Shown in pieces: positions 14,516-24,592 of a stretch of 64,000 bases of DNA. The notes under the pieces are model-generated. The model searched no databases. It was not told where the DNA came from and worked only from the letters and a program-made list of their open reading frames with translations. Both the position numbers and the translations under genes were made by a program. The stretch is from a virus: IMG/VR virus record IMGVR_UViG_3300027844_002282. One strand, written 5' to 3'. Every line of letters starts with the position of its first letter. Position 1 is the stretch's first letter.

Positions 14516-15490
14516 TTAGTCCAATACGTTATCCGAATCTGCACCAAGCAAAAACGCTATTTCCTGTACTACTGGAACGCTAACGTCGCTATAAGACGAT
14601 AGTTTTATCCCTACTTTGACCGAGCTTCCCCATGTGGTTGAAAGATCTTCCACTTTATCAAGATCAATGATCTTATAATCCTGCCAATTGGAACTGTTCC
14701 CGCTCGTTACCCCAAATCTTATTTCTGTATTTTCAGGTATAGATGTGGATGCGGTCAAAAGCATATCGTCTACATTTGAATTCTTTTCTATCTTTATCTT
14801 CCTCGTGAAGAAGAAAACAGAGTGTTTTCCGCCATAGGTTATTATGAATTCACTAACTATTGGGTTCTCAATGGTTGTTTCTGTTTCGAGATCTACCTTA
14901 AACATCATGAATCTGCCTTTAAGGTTGAATCTATCCAAATCTTTATTAACAACAAACGTGCTTGGCAAGGCATATCCGCCATAAGCGACTTCGGCCTCTT
15001 CTGAAATGTAATACTCCCAATCTTTTGCAATAACATCCGCCTCCGTCTCGGCTACCTTGAGCGCCACAACGACTCTTCCATGACTACTATTTTGTGTCCA
15101 TGTTATAGACTTCCAGAATCCGAAGTCTTCATCGGCTTTAAGAACGTCAGATGTATACACAGCCGTAGCCCTGGTGTTTTTTGACACTCTAAACGAATCG
15201 GTATTCTCTTCTATAATATCGAACCCGGTGCCTATTCCACTCGACTTTACAATAGCGTTGTACAGATCATAATAAATAGAAGTGTTTGCTACGGATGAGA
15301 TGTCGCCCTCTCCATTAACGATCTGAGCGAACACATAATTAAGGCCTTTACCGAACGGGTTTATTGGAAGCTCGTTAATATTACTTACCACGCCTTCCTC
15401 TGAAAATATAAACACTTCTCCCGCGCCATGAAAATATTTCACGTCGGTTATGTTCCCATTTTGGGACTTAAAAATTGGTCTGAAACTCAT
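14516..15490 (-). CDS. Putative tail/baseplate structural protein
   Basis: 324 aa, beta-rich (FGFWKSITW, GRFMMFKVDLET..NPIV). Confidence 0.55.
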   Translation of the reverse strand: MSFRPIFKSQNGNITDVKYFHGAGEVFIFSEEGVVSNINELPINPFGKGLNYVFAQIVNGEGDISSVANTSIYYDLYNAIVKSSGIGTGFDIIEENTDSFRVSKNTRATAVYTSDVLKADEDFGFWKSITWTQNSSHGRVVVALKVAETEADVIAKDWEYYISEEAEVAYGGYALPSTFVVNKDLDRFNLKGRFMMFKVDLETETTIENPIVSEFIITYGGKHSVFFFTRKIKIEKNSNVDDMLLTASTSIPENTEIRFGVTSGNSSNWQDYKIIDLDKVEDLSTTWGSSVKVGIKLSSYSDVSVPVVQEIAFLLGADSDNVLD

Positions 15491-16419
15491 TATAAATAAT
15501 AAACCTGGTCAAGTTTTCCTGGTCTAACGCTATATCCGCTATCGTTAACAATTACTTCGTCTTCCTCGCCAAGGAATAGTTTCCCTGTCGAAGTGTCAAA
15601 GCCAACGTATATAAAACTACCATAATTCAAGCTTTCTGACAGGACATACCCCTGTGTTAATATGCCATTGAATATTCCAGCTCCGTCTGTACTTACCCCA
15701 CCCTTTTTGACAAACTTGCCGGATGATACGAGCATCAATCTCGACACAAACGTTACCGGTGTGAAAACATCTAAAGAAACTGGTGGTGAAGATACGATAA
15801 GGGTTCTGTCTTCGTCAAAATACCACTTCAAAGTGAGCGAAAATAACATTGTTAGAACGCCATAATTTCCAGTGTCTATAACCGACTTGTTAATCGACGA
15901 GCCAGGCGATATTGTAGAGGCGGAAATAGCAAAGGGGGTATTATAATCGCTTGAGTATGTAACGTCGCAGCTTAAAGACGGATAGTACGATGTCCCTGAC
16001 ACAACTTCAGCATCAAATTTTGACAGTCCGCCTGACACATATATCGATATATCAGTATCGTCGAAGTCCCATGGCGTTTGTCTTAGGTCTAACGCCTCTC
16101 CATTGTTTGCACTTTTAGACGCGACCTCGTCTAACCAGGACTTCATACTAAATTGAGAGGTAAATACACTTGTTGAGTCGGGAATTATCTCATACAAGAG
16201 CTTCTTCCCATCCCCAACGTATCCAATAAACTCTTCATCAGAGTGGTCTATATCTAATAAGAAGTCCCCATCAGTCTTGTAGAACGCTCTCTTTATAGTT
16301 TTGGTTCCGGTTTCAAGAAACGTCACCGATGCGGTTTGGCTCTCCACAAGAGAAAGGTTCCTACTACCTATTTCAAATGGAACTGGATACTGTTCTGGGT
16401 CTTGGACTAAATTAATCAT
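15490..16419 (-). CDS. Putative structural protein
   Basis: 309 aa, coupled to its neighbours. Confidence 0.55.
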   Translation of the reverse strand: MINLVQDPEQYPVPFEIGSRNLSLVESQTASVTFLETGTKTIKRAFYKTDGDFLLDIDHSDEEFIGYVGDGKKLLYEIIPDSTSVFTSQFSMKSWLDEVASKSANNGEALDLRQTPWDFDDTDISIYVSGGLSKFDAEVVSGTSYYPSLSCDVTYSSDYNTPFAISASTISPGSSINKSVIDTGNYGVLTMLFSLTLKWYFDEDRTLIVSSPPVSLDVFTPVTFVSRLMLVSSGKFVKKGGVSTDGAGIFNGILTQGYVLSESLNYGSFIYVGFDTSTGKLFLGEEDEVIVNDSGYSVRPGKLDQVYYL

Positions 16420-17218
16420 TTGCCCCCTCCATTATATAAACCATGTCATCTACGGCCACCAAAAGCTGGTCTGCCCCAACGACATCAAGAGATCGTATCT
16501 TCTCGCCTTCCCACTGTCCTGCGATCTTCACATCTGTCCCGTCATATTCATAGAGATTACACCTGTTCTCCGGGGCAAAGTAAAGCTTATCATCAAATGA
16601 TACTGCACAGGAAAACGAGACATCAAAGTTTTCGTTCTTTTCAAGAGTAGCCAAGGATGTTGTGACCTTTGAAAATGTTGAAATAGAGAAAAAATCATCC
16701 CCATCCTTTAGCATGGACCAGCCACTCGAATTCAAAACTGGAATAGACTCTATCCCCTCGACAAAAACATATAAAGAACCCCCATGAGAAACCATTGCTT
16801 TAATCCCCCCACCATATGCGTCATACTCCATTCTCCAATCAGTTCCGTCAAATGATAATATTAGCCCGCTCGGAGAAGTCCCAGCATAAAGTTTGTTATC
16901 ATGAACTTCGAATGCTGTTACTTTGTAATCTCCAGTGGTTACATAATGGAATCTATTTCCAGTGTTGAAATTGTGCATCATTATCCTACCATTTGGAGAG
17001 GTTCCAACGAATAAGGCGTTTCCATAGTCGGCAATCGCCGTGGCATACATGTCTCCCACCTTGTAAAACTCCAAATTAGATGTCCCGTCAAGGGTTCTAT
17101 AAACAATACCCTCTGGACCGGTCCCTACATATAGGTATCTACCAAAAACATGGGTTGATTGAATAACTCTGTTATCAACTGATTTATACTTGGCTATGAT
17201 TGTTCTTGTTGTAATCAT
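16412..17218 (-). CDS. Beta-propeller repeat protein
   Basis: Repeated LYVGTGPEG / LFVGTSPNG / LYAGTSPSG blades. Confidence 0.7.
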   Translation of the reverse strand: MITTRTIIAKYKSVDNRVIQSTHVFGRYLYVGTGPEGIVYRTLDGTSNLEFYKVGDMYATAIADYGNALFVGTSPNGRIMMHNFNTGNRFHYVTTGDYKVTAFEVHDNKLYAGTSPSGLILSFDGTDWRMEYDAYGGGIKAMVSHGGSLYVFVEGIESIPVLNSSGWSMLKDGDDFFSISTFSKVTTSLATLEKNENFDVSFSCAVSFDDKLYFAPENRCNLYEYDGTDVKIAGQWEGEKIRSLDVVGADQLLVAVDDMVYIMEGAND

Positions 17219-18978
17219 TATATTTTCGCGGCCTCAAATGTTTTATCTTGATAATCAGTTGGGTCTCTATCCGAGCCCGAACCATTAAAATCAAAGTAAG
17301 AGGAGTTCTCTCCTCCTCCAGAAAGATCCACATTTCTCTTATCAACCTTATACGCACCATGTCTCAAGTCTGTTACAGTAATATTATCAACTGAAAAGTC
17401 AGCGGTGAAGCCCCCTACAATACTCGCGCTAACACCTTCGTTTCTTGCGGTCGCAGAAAACGTCCCGTTAAAATAAACGCCACTATCATAGTCGAAGCTC
17501 AAAATATTTATTCCAGGATTACTAACTCTATTTACCATCGCTCTAAGATTAGTATTGTCTATTGCCACAAAACTATCCTGGTTATACCCTCTTCTTACGT
17601 AGATTCGATCTATATTCACCATTATATTAGAGGAGAAATTAGGCTCGAAGGCTTTATTGAATGAGTACACTCTTCCATCAGAATACGCCGTTACTATATC
17701 CCTTGTGTTTACATTTAACCCAAACCCAACGAACCCAGATGATAAAGTTAGGGCCTTAATAACAGCATTGCCTCTAACCACATATATCTTTTGATCATAT
17801 GGAGAGTGGACATAAACGTCTCCATTGATGGCGACCTCAAGATACCCAGACCTACTTATTGGTTTGTTTACCAATAAGTTTCCGTCTGAGTCATAATGTC
17901 TAATCCTATTATAGCCAACATCCGAAACCCAGCAAGATCCATCGAGTCCCAATTTTACAAATCCCGGATTGCTGAATCCAGAAGAAATGGTAAAGACAGT
18001 ATTCATATTTTCATCAAGCTTCACCAGACTTGTCTTATTAATCACCCAGACGCCATCACAGGTTGAATCGTCATAATATAAAGACTTTGGGTAGTCCAGA
18101 CCATCCTTTTGTATAAGGGCTATCGATTTTGGTTCTTCAAATAAATCTGACTTGGCTGATATTTTTGATCTGGTAACATCAAACTTCATAACCCGACCAG
18201 CCTTGTATCCGTCCCCAAAATATGAAGAGAAGTATATGTCACCTGTTATGTCACAAATCTCAAGACATGATTCCGAATCGGCGAAGCATTTTATTTCCTC
18301 AACAAAAGTGGGGCCTTTATATAACCCATTGCCAAAAAACAAGCTCCCATTTTTCCCAACCAAAACCGCTTCATCAAGACTAAATCTAAAGTGGGTTAGG
18401 CTGGACACCGAATCGTTTTTTCCAACAGGAACATTTGAGTAGGTAACTATATCGTCGATATTACACTGTAGGTTAAAATCTACGGTCTTCGAGTCAAGTG
18501 AGAAGAAATCCAAGTCAGATATTGTCTCTGAATATATGTTAAAATTACCAGACGCTGTACATTCATCGTTAACAAATATAGCCATAGTTGCGCCTGACCC
18601 AAGAATTAAACCTGAACTATCCCAATAAAACTCAACGATGAATGACGTGTCTGAAGATATTGACGTTTTAGTATCGACTATTACAAACTTTCCATTTCGA
18701 GTCCATAATGTAAGAATTATTCCTTCGTCTGACAATGAAGCGTAAACCCCTGGGAAGTCGATAAATTGCGCCTTCTGGTTAGTTCCGAACAAAATATAAT
18801 CTGTAAGATACTTCTCACCATCGCATAAAGCATACACCCCATTTGATATGGCGTTTGGAAGAGTTAATTGTAATAGGACCCCTCCAGACGAAAACGTGAA
18901 CAACTCTGATGCGTCATCATTATAAATGAACGTGTCAGAGTACTCAGTCTTTTTAATACTGTTTTTATTTGTTTCCAT
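17218..18978 (-). CDS. Putative tail/baseplate protein with NHL-like propeller
   Basis: 586 aa; FSNPGFV..DGSCWVSDVGYNRIRHYDSDG is an NHL-like repeat. Confidence 0.6.
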   Translation of the reverse strand: METNKNSIKKTEYSDTFIYNDDASELFTFSSGGVLLQLTLPNAISNGVYALCDGEKYLTDYILFGTNQKAQFIDFPGVYASLSDEGIILTLWTRNGKFVIVDTKTSISSDTSFIVEFYWDSSGLILGSGATMAIFVNDECTASGNFNIYSETISDLDFFSLDSKTVDFNLQCNIDDIVTYSNVPVGKNDSVSSLTHFRFSLDEAVLVGKNGSLFFGNGLYKGPTFVEEIKCFADSESCLEICDITGDIYFSSYFGDGYKAGRVMKFDVTRSKISAKSDLFEEPKSIALIQKDGLDYPKSLYYDDSTCDGVWVINKTSLVKLDENMNTVFTISSGFSNPGFVKLGLDGSCWVSDVGYNRIRHYDSDGNLLVNKPISRSGYLEVAINGDVYVHSPYDQKIYVVRGNAVIKALTLSSGFVGFGLNVNTRDIVTAYSDGRVYSFNKAFEPNFSSNIMVNIDRIYVRRGYNQDSFVAIDNTNLRAMVNRVSNPGINILSFDYDSGVYFNGTFSATARNEGVSASIVGGFTADFSVDNITVTDLRHGAYKVDKRNVDLSGGGENSSYFDFNGSGSDRDPTDYQDKTFEAAKI

Positions 18979-18985
18979 TATTTAC

Positions 18986-21253
18986 CTAACTTGAACTTGA
19001 ACTACTTGAGCAACTACTTGAACATGATGTCCATGTTCCAGAGTTCAAAAATTTACCGGACCCGTTATTATACAAAGATCTGGCCATTGCTGCACAGGCT
19101 CGCTCATTTGACAGAGTGGGCTCTTTCCAAACTGCCACCTCATCCATTGTGACATCAAAATTTGACCAATTCCCATGTAAAAGGAATGGGCACGAACTCT
19201 CACTTATAGTCCCATCATAAGATTTGCTCTCCTTCAAAACGCCATCTATATAAAGATGTATATTACTACCGTCTGCCACACCAAAGATATGATGAAAAAC
19301 GTCTTCGGTAACCTCATGATTACCCATTGATGAATAAGTCAAATCTGATTGTCTAATCAGCCAACTAACTCTAAAATGCTGTGAAGAACTCCCATTAAAT
19401 GTAAAGTGGTAACTGCTAAGTTTACCCTCTGAAGATCCACCAGAACCAGAATTGTAATGTTGTTTTACCCACATTGAAATAGCAACCTTATTGGTGGCGG
19501 ATAAATCAATGGAGTCCGGTGCCATCAGACTCGCCGCAGCTCTACCAGTTGGCCCTGGCCCGCGACGGCCTGCGCTTTCACTAAACAAGGATGCGTTGCC
19601 CTCTTTGCCGGAAACTGCGTCAATGGTCTCATTGTCTATTAAATCATTCGACCCTACCGAGTCGAACCTCCTACCAGTCGTTTCCTCCATATCCCAATAC
19701 GCCACTAATTTTGAATCCTGGTCTGTAATGTTGGTACAAAAATTCGTTGAGCTACTCGAACTCGCGCTACTTACAGAGCTTGTGCTGGTACTAACATAGC
19801 TTGAATATGAAGGACTTGATGGGCTAAGCCAACTCGAACACGAACAGCTACTACTGCTGCTTGAGGAGCTTGAGCAAGAACAGCTTGAACTACTCAACCA
19901 GCTTGAGCAACTACTCGAACTACTCGCTACTGTACCATGCTCGAATCTCCAAAATATATGTACTTTTTCATCCCCATCATAGTTTTCACCAGACGTGAAT
20001 GTTATCTTAATATCCTTTGAATCATCAAACCCAAAATTTCCAGGTGGGTGAATACTTCCATTTTCATATAGATCAAACTTACTTCTATCAAGAGTCTCGG
20101 CGGTGTTGGCATAATCAATCAGACCGTCAAAAAATGGATTCAACTTTGTAAAATCATTCAATAATCCATCGTCAAAATATTCTGATAATACCGGGCTTGT
20201 TCCGACAATCACATGTGCATCATACCTGTCTGGGAAAGTTCCCGCCGATATCTCAATAAATGATGACGTGTTGAAAGATCTACCTGGAGTCTTTATAAAA
20301 TCAGACGACTGTAGAACTTTTGCTATCCAAGTCGTGTTCCCACCATCCCAATAAGCCCTGTAAACGGCGAACAGGGCCGTTTTTGTATCTATTGATGGTG
20401 AAATAAAAACCATTTTATTTCCGTACAAGGAGCCGAGTGGTCCGTCCTCACCAAACCCTACAAAAGACGATCCGTCAAAATAAGTGAACCCAGTCGGAGA
20501 ATCTCCAGAATCTCTGTACATCAATGGTGTAACCAAACTTCCAGTATAATCGGAAACGTCTCCAGATGATCCTATATAAATCTCATAATGGATATTAGAA
20601 GACGGTGGCCAGGTGTTAAAGTAATCGCTTATTTCCGGTAGAAGATCTACGGATAATGGTGACGTTCTGTTTTCTCCAGTATTAGAAAAGGTGCTTGCAT
20701 ACAGGTTTATTTTTTTGCCAGAATAACTAGAATACTCGTTAGACAGTGTTATATCACCGCCAGATACTGTGCAGCCCCTCGATCTATGGAATAAGTACAA
20801 GTCCTGAGTGAAATCAATTGTCAAATCTGTTGCTATAAATTTAGACTTTAATAGCCTTGTAGTATGCCATGATGTATACCCCTCTCCAGGCAGGGAGTAT
20901 ATCTTATCATATTCTATTGCCCAGCCATCTATATCTATAGATTCAAACTTATACAAAACATCGGCGGTCAACTCTCCATCCAGAACAAAATCCTGATTAT
21001 ATGTGAGAACATACTCAATATGGGCATAAGAATACCCAATTGGGACATCTGGCAAATCTGTTTCCAGAATTAATATGGTACTGTCTGAATAATAAGGTGG
21101 CGTAATACTAGATTTCGCCCATGACGAAACATCAATATATTTTCTTGGGTTCGATCTATAAATGGTCCCCTCACTATTCAATGTCAAGTCCACATCGCCA
21201 GAATCCACCCCTACAATATGTCCAAAATGCTTGTTTAGTTTTACTTTCTTCAT
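18986..21253 (-). CDS. LamG/ConA-like domain tail-type protein with Ser/Cys tracts
   Basis: LVAYWDMEE...ISMWVK...FHHIFGV..IHLYIDG..MDEVAVW; two poly-Ser/Cys tracts; start placed at MKKVKL after a GGGG RBS. Confidence 0.75.
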   Translation of the reverse strand: MKKVKLNKHFGHIVGVDSGDVDLTLNSEGTIYRSNPRKYIDVSSWAKSSITPPYYSDSTILILETDLPDVPIGYSYAHIEYVLTYNQDFVLDGELTADVLYKFESIDIDGWAIEYDKIYSLPGEGYTSWHTTRLLKSKFIATDLTIDFTQDLYLFHRSRGCTVSGGDITLSNEYSSYSGKKINLYASTFSNTGENRTSPLSVDLLPEISDYFNTWPPSSNIHYEIYIGSSGDVSDYTGSLVTPLMYRDSGDSPTGFTYFDGSSFVGFGEDGPLGSLYGNKMVFISPSIDTKTALFAVYRAYWDGGNTTWIAKVLQSSDFIKTPGRSFNTSSFIEISAGTFPDRYDAHVIVGTSPVLSEYFDDGLLNDFTKLNPFFDGLIDYANTAETLDRSKFDLYENGSIHPPGNFGFDDSKDIKITFTSGENYDGDEKVHIFWRFEHGTVASSSSSCSSWLSSSSCSCSSSSSSSSSCSCSSWLSPSSPSYSSYVSTSTSSVSSASSSSSTNFCTNITDQDSKLVAYWDMEETTGRRFDSVGSNDLIDNETIDAVSGKEGNASLFSESAGRRGPGPTGRAAASLMAPDSIDLSATNKVAISMWVKQHYNSGSGGSSEGKLSSYHFTFNGSSSQHFRVSWLIRQSDLTYSSMGNHEVTEDVFHHIFGVADGSNIHLYIDGVLKESKSYDGTISESSCPFLLHGNWSNFDVTMDEVAVWKEPTLSNERACAAMARSLYNNGSGKFLNSGTWTSCSSSCSSSSSSS

Positions 21254-21261
21254 TATTACCC

Positions 21262-23130
21262 CTAACTCGAACTGCTCGAACTGCTTTGGGTCCAAGTTCC
21301 GCCATCATAAAATGTTCCATGATCGCCATTATAAATATAGTCAGCCATACTGTCTGCTTCGGCAACACTACTAAGTGGAATGTCTCCCCAAAAAGCAAAT
21401 TCATCAAGGCCCGAATCGTCATCTACACTTATCCATACCTCAGTGTCATTGGAAAAGTCCTGTATTGTGCTGGAAAACGACTCTATACCCGACTGAACCC
21501 CATCGACATATATTATGATCCTATTTATACCAGAATCAGCAATACATAAAATGTGATGCCAATTTGCAAGTGACATCGCCCCAGACGTTATCAATCTATC
21601 ATCAGCCTGAAAAGTAAGTTTTGCACTTCCAGTGTCTAAAAAGTGAGAAACTTCGTACTCATTTGTCTTTCTTATAATTATTTTCCCAGGAGATACATTT
21701 AGTGGGTCTGGGTAATACCAGAAACTCATTATAACAGAACTCGCATGGACCCCGCTTATTCCAGTCACCAAACCAAACGTCACATCCGCCTCTGGTGTCG
21801 TTGCGTTAGTCTTCTTTCCAGGATCTGTTTTTACTGTTGATGCGTCTTTTGTTATCAAATGATTATATGGTAGCACATCATCGGAATGAATCGACCCAGT
21901 AGTCTCATCAAAGTCCCAATGAGCCAGCATATACGAATTGTAAGCATTAATGTCCGAAGTCCAAGAAGAGGAACATGAGCAAGAACTACTACTGCACGAT
22001 GAGGAACACGATGAGGAGCACGATGAGGATGATGAGTTATTGCAAGATGACGAACTACATGATGACGAACTTGAAGAACTGCTTGACACAATCGCGTCAT
22101 CTAAGTTCATCGTGATCGCTGTGTCAAAATTTTTCCATTGATTTTCAGTCTTGCTGAAGTATGTCATGTATATATCTTCGCCCTTTTGGGCGGAGGCGTA
22201 AACAACACCTCTGTTGTCAACGCTTATTTGAGGATATATCAAGTCAGAAACAGCACCAAATGGTGTTGACGATGCAAAGAACCTCCACTCATCATTGTCT
22301 TTACCAAACCCTACAACCGGGACAAATATTGAGTTTACAGGGTCATAGCTTACAGATATCGCATATACATAGCTGTCGTAAATAAAAAATGAGTTATCAT
22401 CTGTCGGGTTCTCTAATGAGCATAATGAAGGGAAGATAGATCTTTCGGTACAGAACGACCTGAAAGTAGAATAAGAGCCAGAGGCCAGACATAGAATTGC
22501 TTCTGGACTCCCTGCATAGTGTTGTATCGTTTCCCCAAAATCTTCTTCTATAATTTCATACGGGTATTCTATATCTCTTTTTACAACAAATAGTATAACA
22601 TCATTCACCATCGACTTGGCATCAACAAGGATATAGTCTGTCAATTCTGCTTTCTTGGTTACCGACGTTGTTGTAACTTCATAAATAACAACGTTGCCTC
22701 CAACTTGAGAGGCCATGAAAATATCATCGGTGTCAACCTTCACTAACTTAGAGAATGATGGAAAGATTCCATTTACACATGCGTCACTATCGATAGCTTT
22801 CCATGTGGTATCAAGATATGTGTAATAGCCACAGTCAAATTGTCCATCAAAAACTCTGTTTGGATTGTTTCCTGTGCCCAAAACTGAGACGTTATCTGAG
22901 GCGAGTTCTACGAGGGACAGGTTCTCCCCCACATAGTCTCTTGGAAGACGGTCTGTCGAGGCTGGGAAAGATACAGTGGTGTCCAACACCTCATCAGTTC
23001 TATAGACTGAAATGTTACCGTCTTTATCTCTAAACAAATAATGGACATAATCATCAGAGAACCTCTTAAAGTCTCTGATGTTTGTTTTTATTGGTGTTAG
23101 GAAGTTTCTTCTGTCATTCTGTGGTTTCAT
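21262..23130 (-). CDS. LamG/ConA-like domain tail-type protein with Ser/Cys tracts
   Basis: LAHWDFDE...MSFWYY...WHHILC...IYVDG...LDEFAFW; Ser/Cys tract precedes the domain; poly-Ser C-terminus. Confidence 0.75.
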   Translation of the reverse strand: MKPQNDRRNFLTPIKTNIRDFKRFSDDYVHYLFRDKDGNISVYRTDEVLDTTVSFPASTDRLPRDYVGENLSLVELASDNVSVLGTGNNPNRVFDGQFDCGYYTYLDTTWKAIDSDACVNGIFPSFSKLVKVDTDDIFMASQVGGNVVIYEVTTTSVTKKAELTDYILVDAKSMVNDVILFVVKRDIEYPYEIIEEDFGETIQHYAGSPEAILCLASGSYSTFRSFCTERSIFPSLCSLENPTDDNSFFIYDSYVYAISVSYDPVNSIFVPVVGFGKDNDEWRFFASSTPFGAVSDLIYPQISVDNRGVVYASAQKGEDIYMTYFSKTENQWKNFDTAITMNLDDAIVSSSSSSSSSCSSSSCNNSSSSSCSSSCSSSCSSSSCSCSSSWTSDINAYNSYMLAHWDFDETTGSIHSDDVLPYNHLITKDASTVKTDPGKKTNATTPEADVTFGLVTGISGVHASSVIMSFWYYPDPLNVSPGKIIIRKTNEYEVSHFLDTGSAKLTFQADDRLITSGAMSLANWHHILCIADSGINRIIIYVDGVQSGIESFSSTIQDFSNDTEVWISVDDDSGLDEFAFWGDIPLSSVAEADSMADYIYNGDHGTFYDGGTWTQSSSSSSS

Positions 23131-23570
23131 TATGAGTGATCAAGGCTTACCTGATACGTCACAGACCCCGCTTCTGCGGCGTCCATGGACATTCTTGAGT
23201 TCATGAATATATACTTTGACACATTGTCAGCCCTTGTCCCTATCGTTACTGGTTGGTCAAGACCCGCGAAGAATCTCGACAGTGTGCTTCTTGAGACAAA
23301 ATTATCGTCAAGTTCTATTCCGAAATTTCCATTCCCCGCTGTCCCGTCAGAAGTGATATCTACAGGGCTGTCATTTACTGTGATTTGTGGGGAGGCTGTT
23401 ATTTGAAGAGTCACATTAGAAAGAAACGATACGTCTGGGACATACAGATCAAAAACTCTGATCGGGCTGAATTCGCCTATGTTGACATTTCCAAATGACA
23501 AAGAGGTGACTGTTCCCATTAACTTTCCTGTCGATGGGTTATACTCTCTCCATACTGCTGCTATAGCCAT
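23130..23570 (-). CDS. Putative structural protein
   Basis: Start MAIAAV after GGAGGGAG; first gene after a late-promoter motif. Confidence 0.65.
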   Translation of the reverse strand: MAIAAVWREYNPSTGKLMGTVTSLSFGNVNIGEFSPIRVFDLYVPDVSFLSNVTLQITASPQITVNDSPVDITSDGTAGNGNFGIELDDNFVSRSTLSRFFAGLDQPVTIGTRADNVSKYIFMNSRMSMDAAEAGSVTYQVSLDHS

Positions 23571-23595
23571 TTTTCTCCCTCCAAATATAGTCCAA

Positions 23596-23623
23596 ATTCT
23601 TTCATAACACTTCAAACTCCTTT
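23596..23623 (-). promoter_or_regulatory. Putative late promoter AAAGG-N18-AGAAT
   Basis: Best match to the recurrent motif. Confidence 0.6.
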
Positions 23624-23639
23624 AATTTATAATTGTACA

Positions 23640-24566
23640 TTAACTAAGGCCGTTGGACATCCAACGACTAAAACATTCGTTATTCAAAATGTCCTCACAA
23701 CTACTGTCTATCATTAATTGATGCCTCATTATCGCCCCAAGATAGTTCTTTACCACTTCCCTATCTGGGGTGAAGTCGTCAAACCCTGACAATTTACCTT
23801 CGTAAGTAGCCCCTGAGCCCGTATATGCCGATCTGCCGATGGTCGCCACAGGAATACCACTAAATAGCGCCTCAGTTGCCACTGTTGAATTAATTGTAAT
23901 AACCTTTGAGCATCTTGATATAGATCTATATACAGATTTTTCCAAATCTAACTCCCATCTATCGCCAAATATTTTAACCCCCTCTTCTCTAACTTCTTCC
24001 CAGTCGGATCGGTGCCTTGGGTGTGGTCTAACAATAATTTCCTTGTCTGGGAACTGTTTCTTTACTCTTGACAACAATGATAAGATACTACTCCCTTTAC
24101 CGTAATCGTCATAACAATATTTTACAGGAGCGTCATTCTCTCTTTGTAAAACTACAAGAATCGGACCTTCCGGGTCGTATTCTTGAAAATAATCAACCCA
24201 ACCAAACCTTTCTTCCGCAATTTCATAGAACTTATCTATCTCAAATGACGAGGCGGATTGTAAATACTCCTTATCTGTACATATTGTAGAGTCCGAAAAC
24301 CACCCGTTCGTATCTAAGAATATTCCACTCCCCTGATTGAATAATGCGTTCTCGATAAACAAAAAGTTTTTGCCGTGTTTGTCGTACCATTCTTTTGGAA
24401 CTTTCAAACCCCAGGTAATAATATTGTCATATTCTTTTATAAGATTTATATACTCATTTTTAACGCAAGAAAATCGGACAGATATTTCTTTATCAGTTAA
24501 AACATGTTCTATTTGATGTTTTAACTGATCGTGGTTTTCTGGGAAAAATAAACATGCTACTCTCAT
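23640..24566 (-). CDS. Capsule-synthesis (KpsS/KpsC-like) glycosyltransferase
   Basis: FIENALF...LDTNG, LVVLQRENDA, IIVRPHP, VITINSTVATEAL..G.PV.T.G.S.Y. Confidence 0.75.
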   Translation of the reverse strand: MRVACLFFPENHDQLKHQIEHVLTDKEISVRFSCVKNEYINLIKEYDNIITWGLKVPKEWYDKHGKNFLFIENALFNQGSGIFLDTNGWFSDSTICTDKEYLQSASSFEIDKFYEIAEERFGWVDYFQEYDPEGPILVVLQRENDAPVKYCYDDYGKGSSILSLLSRVKKQFPDKEIIVRPHPRHRSDWEEVREEGVKIFGDRWELDLEKSVYRSISRCSKVITINSTVATEALFSGIPVATIGRSAYTGSGATYEGKLSGFDDFTPDREVVKNYLGAIMRHQLMIDSSCEDILNNECFSRWMSNGLS

Positions 24567-24592
24567 GATTTAATCTCTTATGATGACGATAA

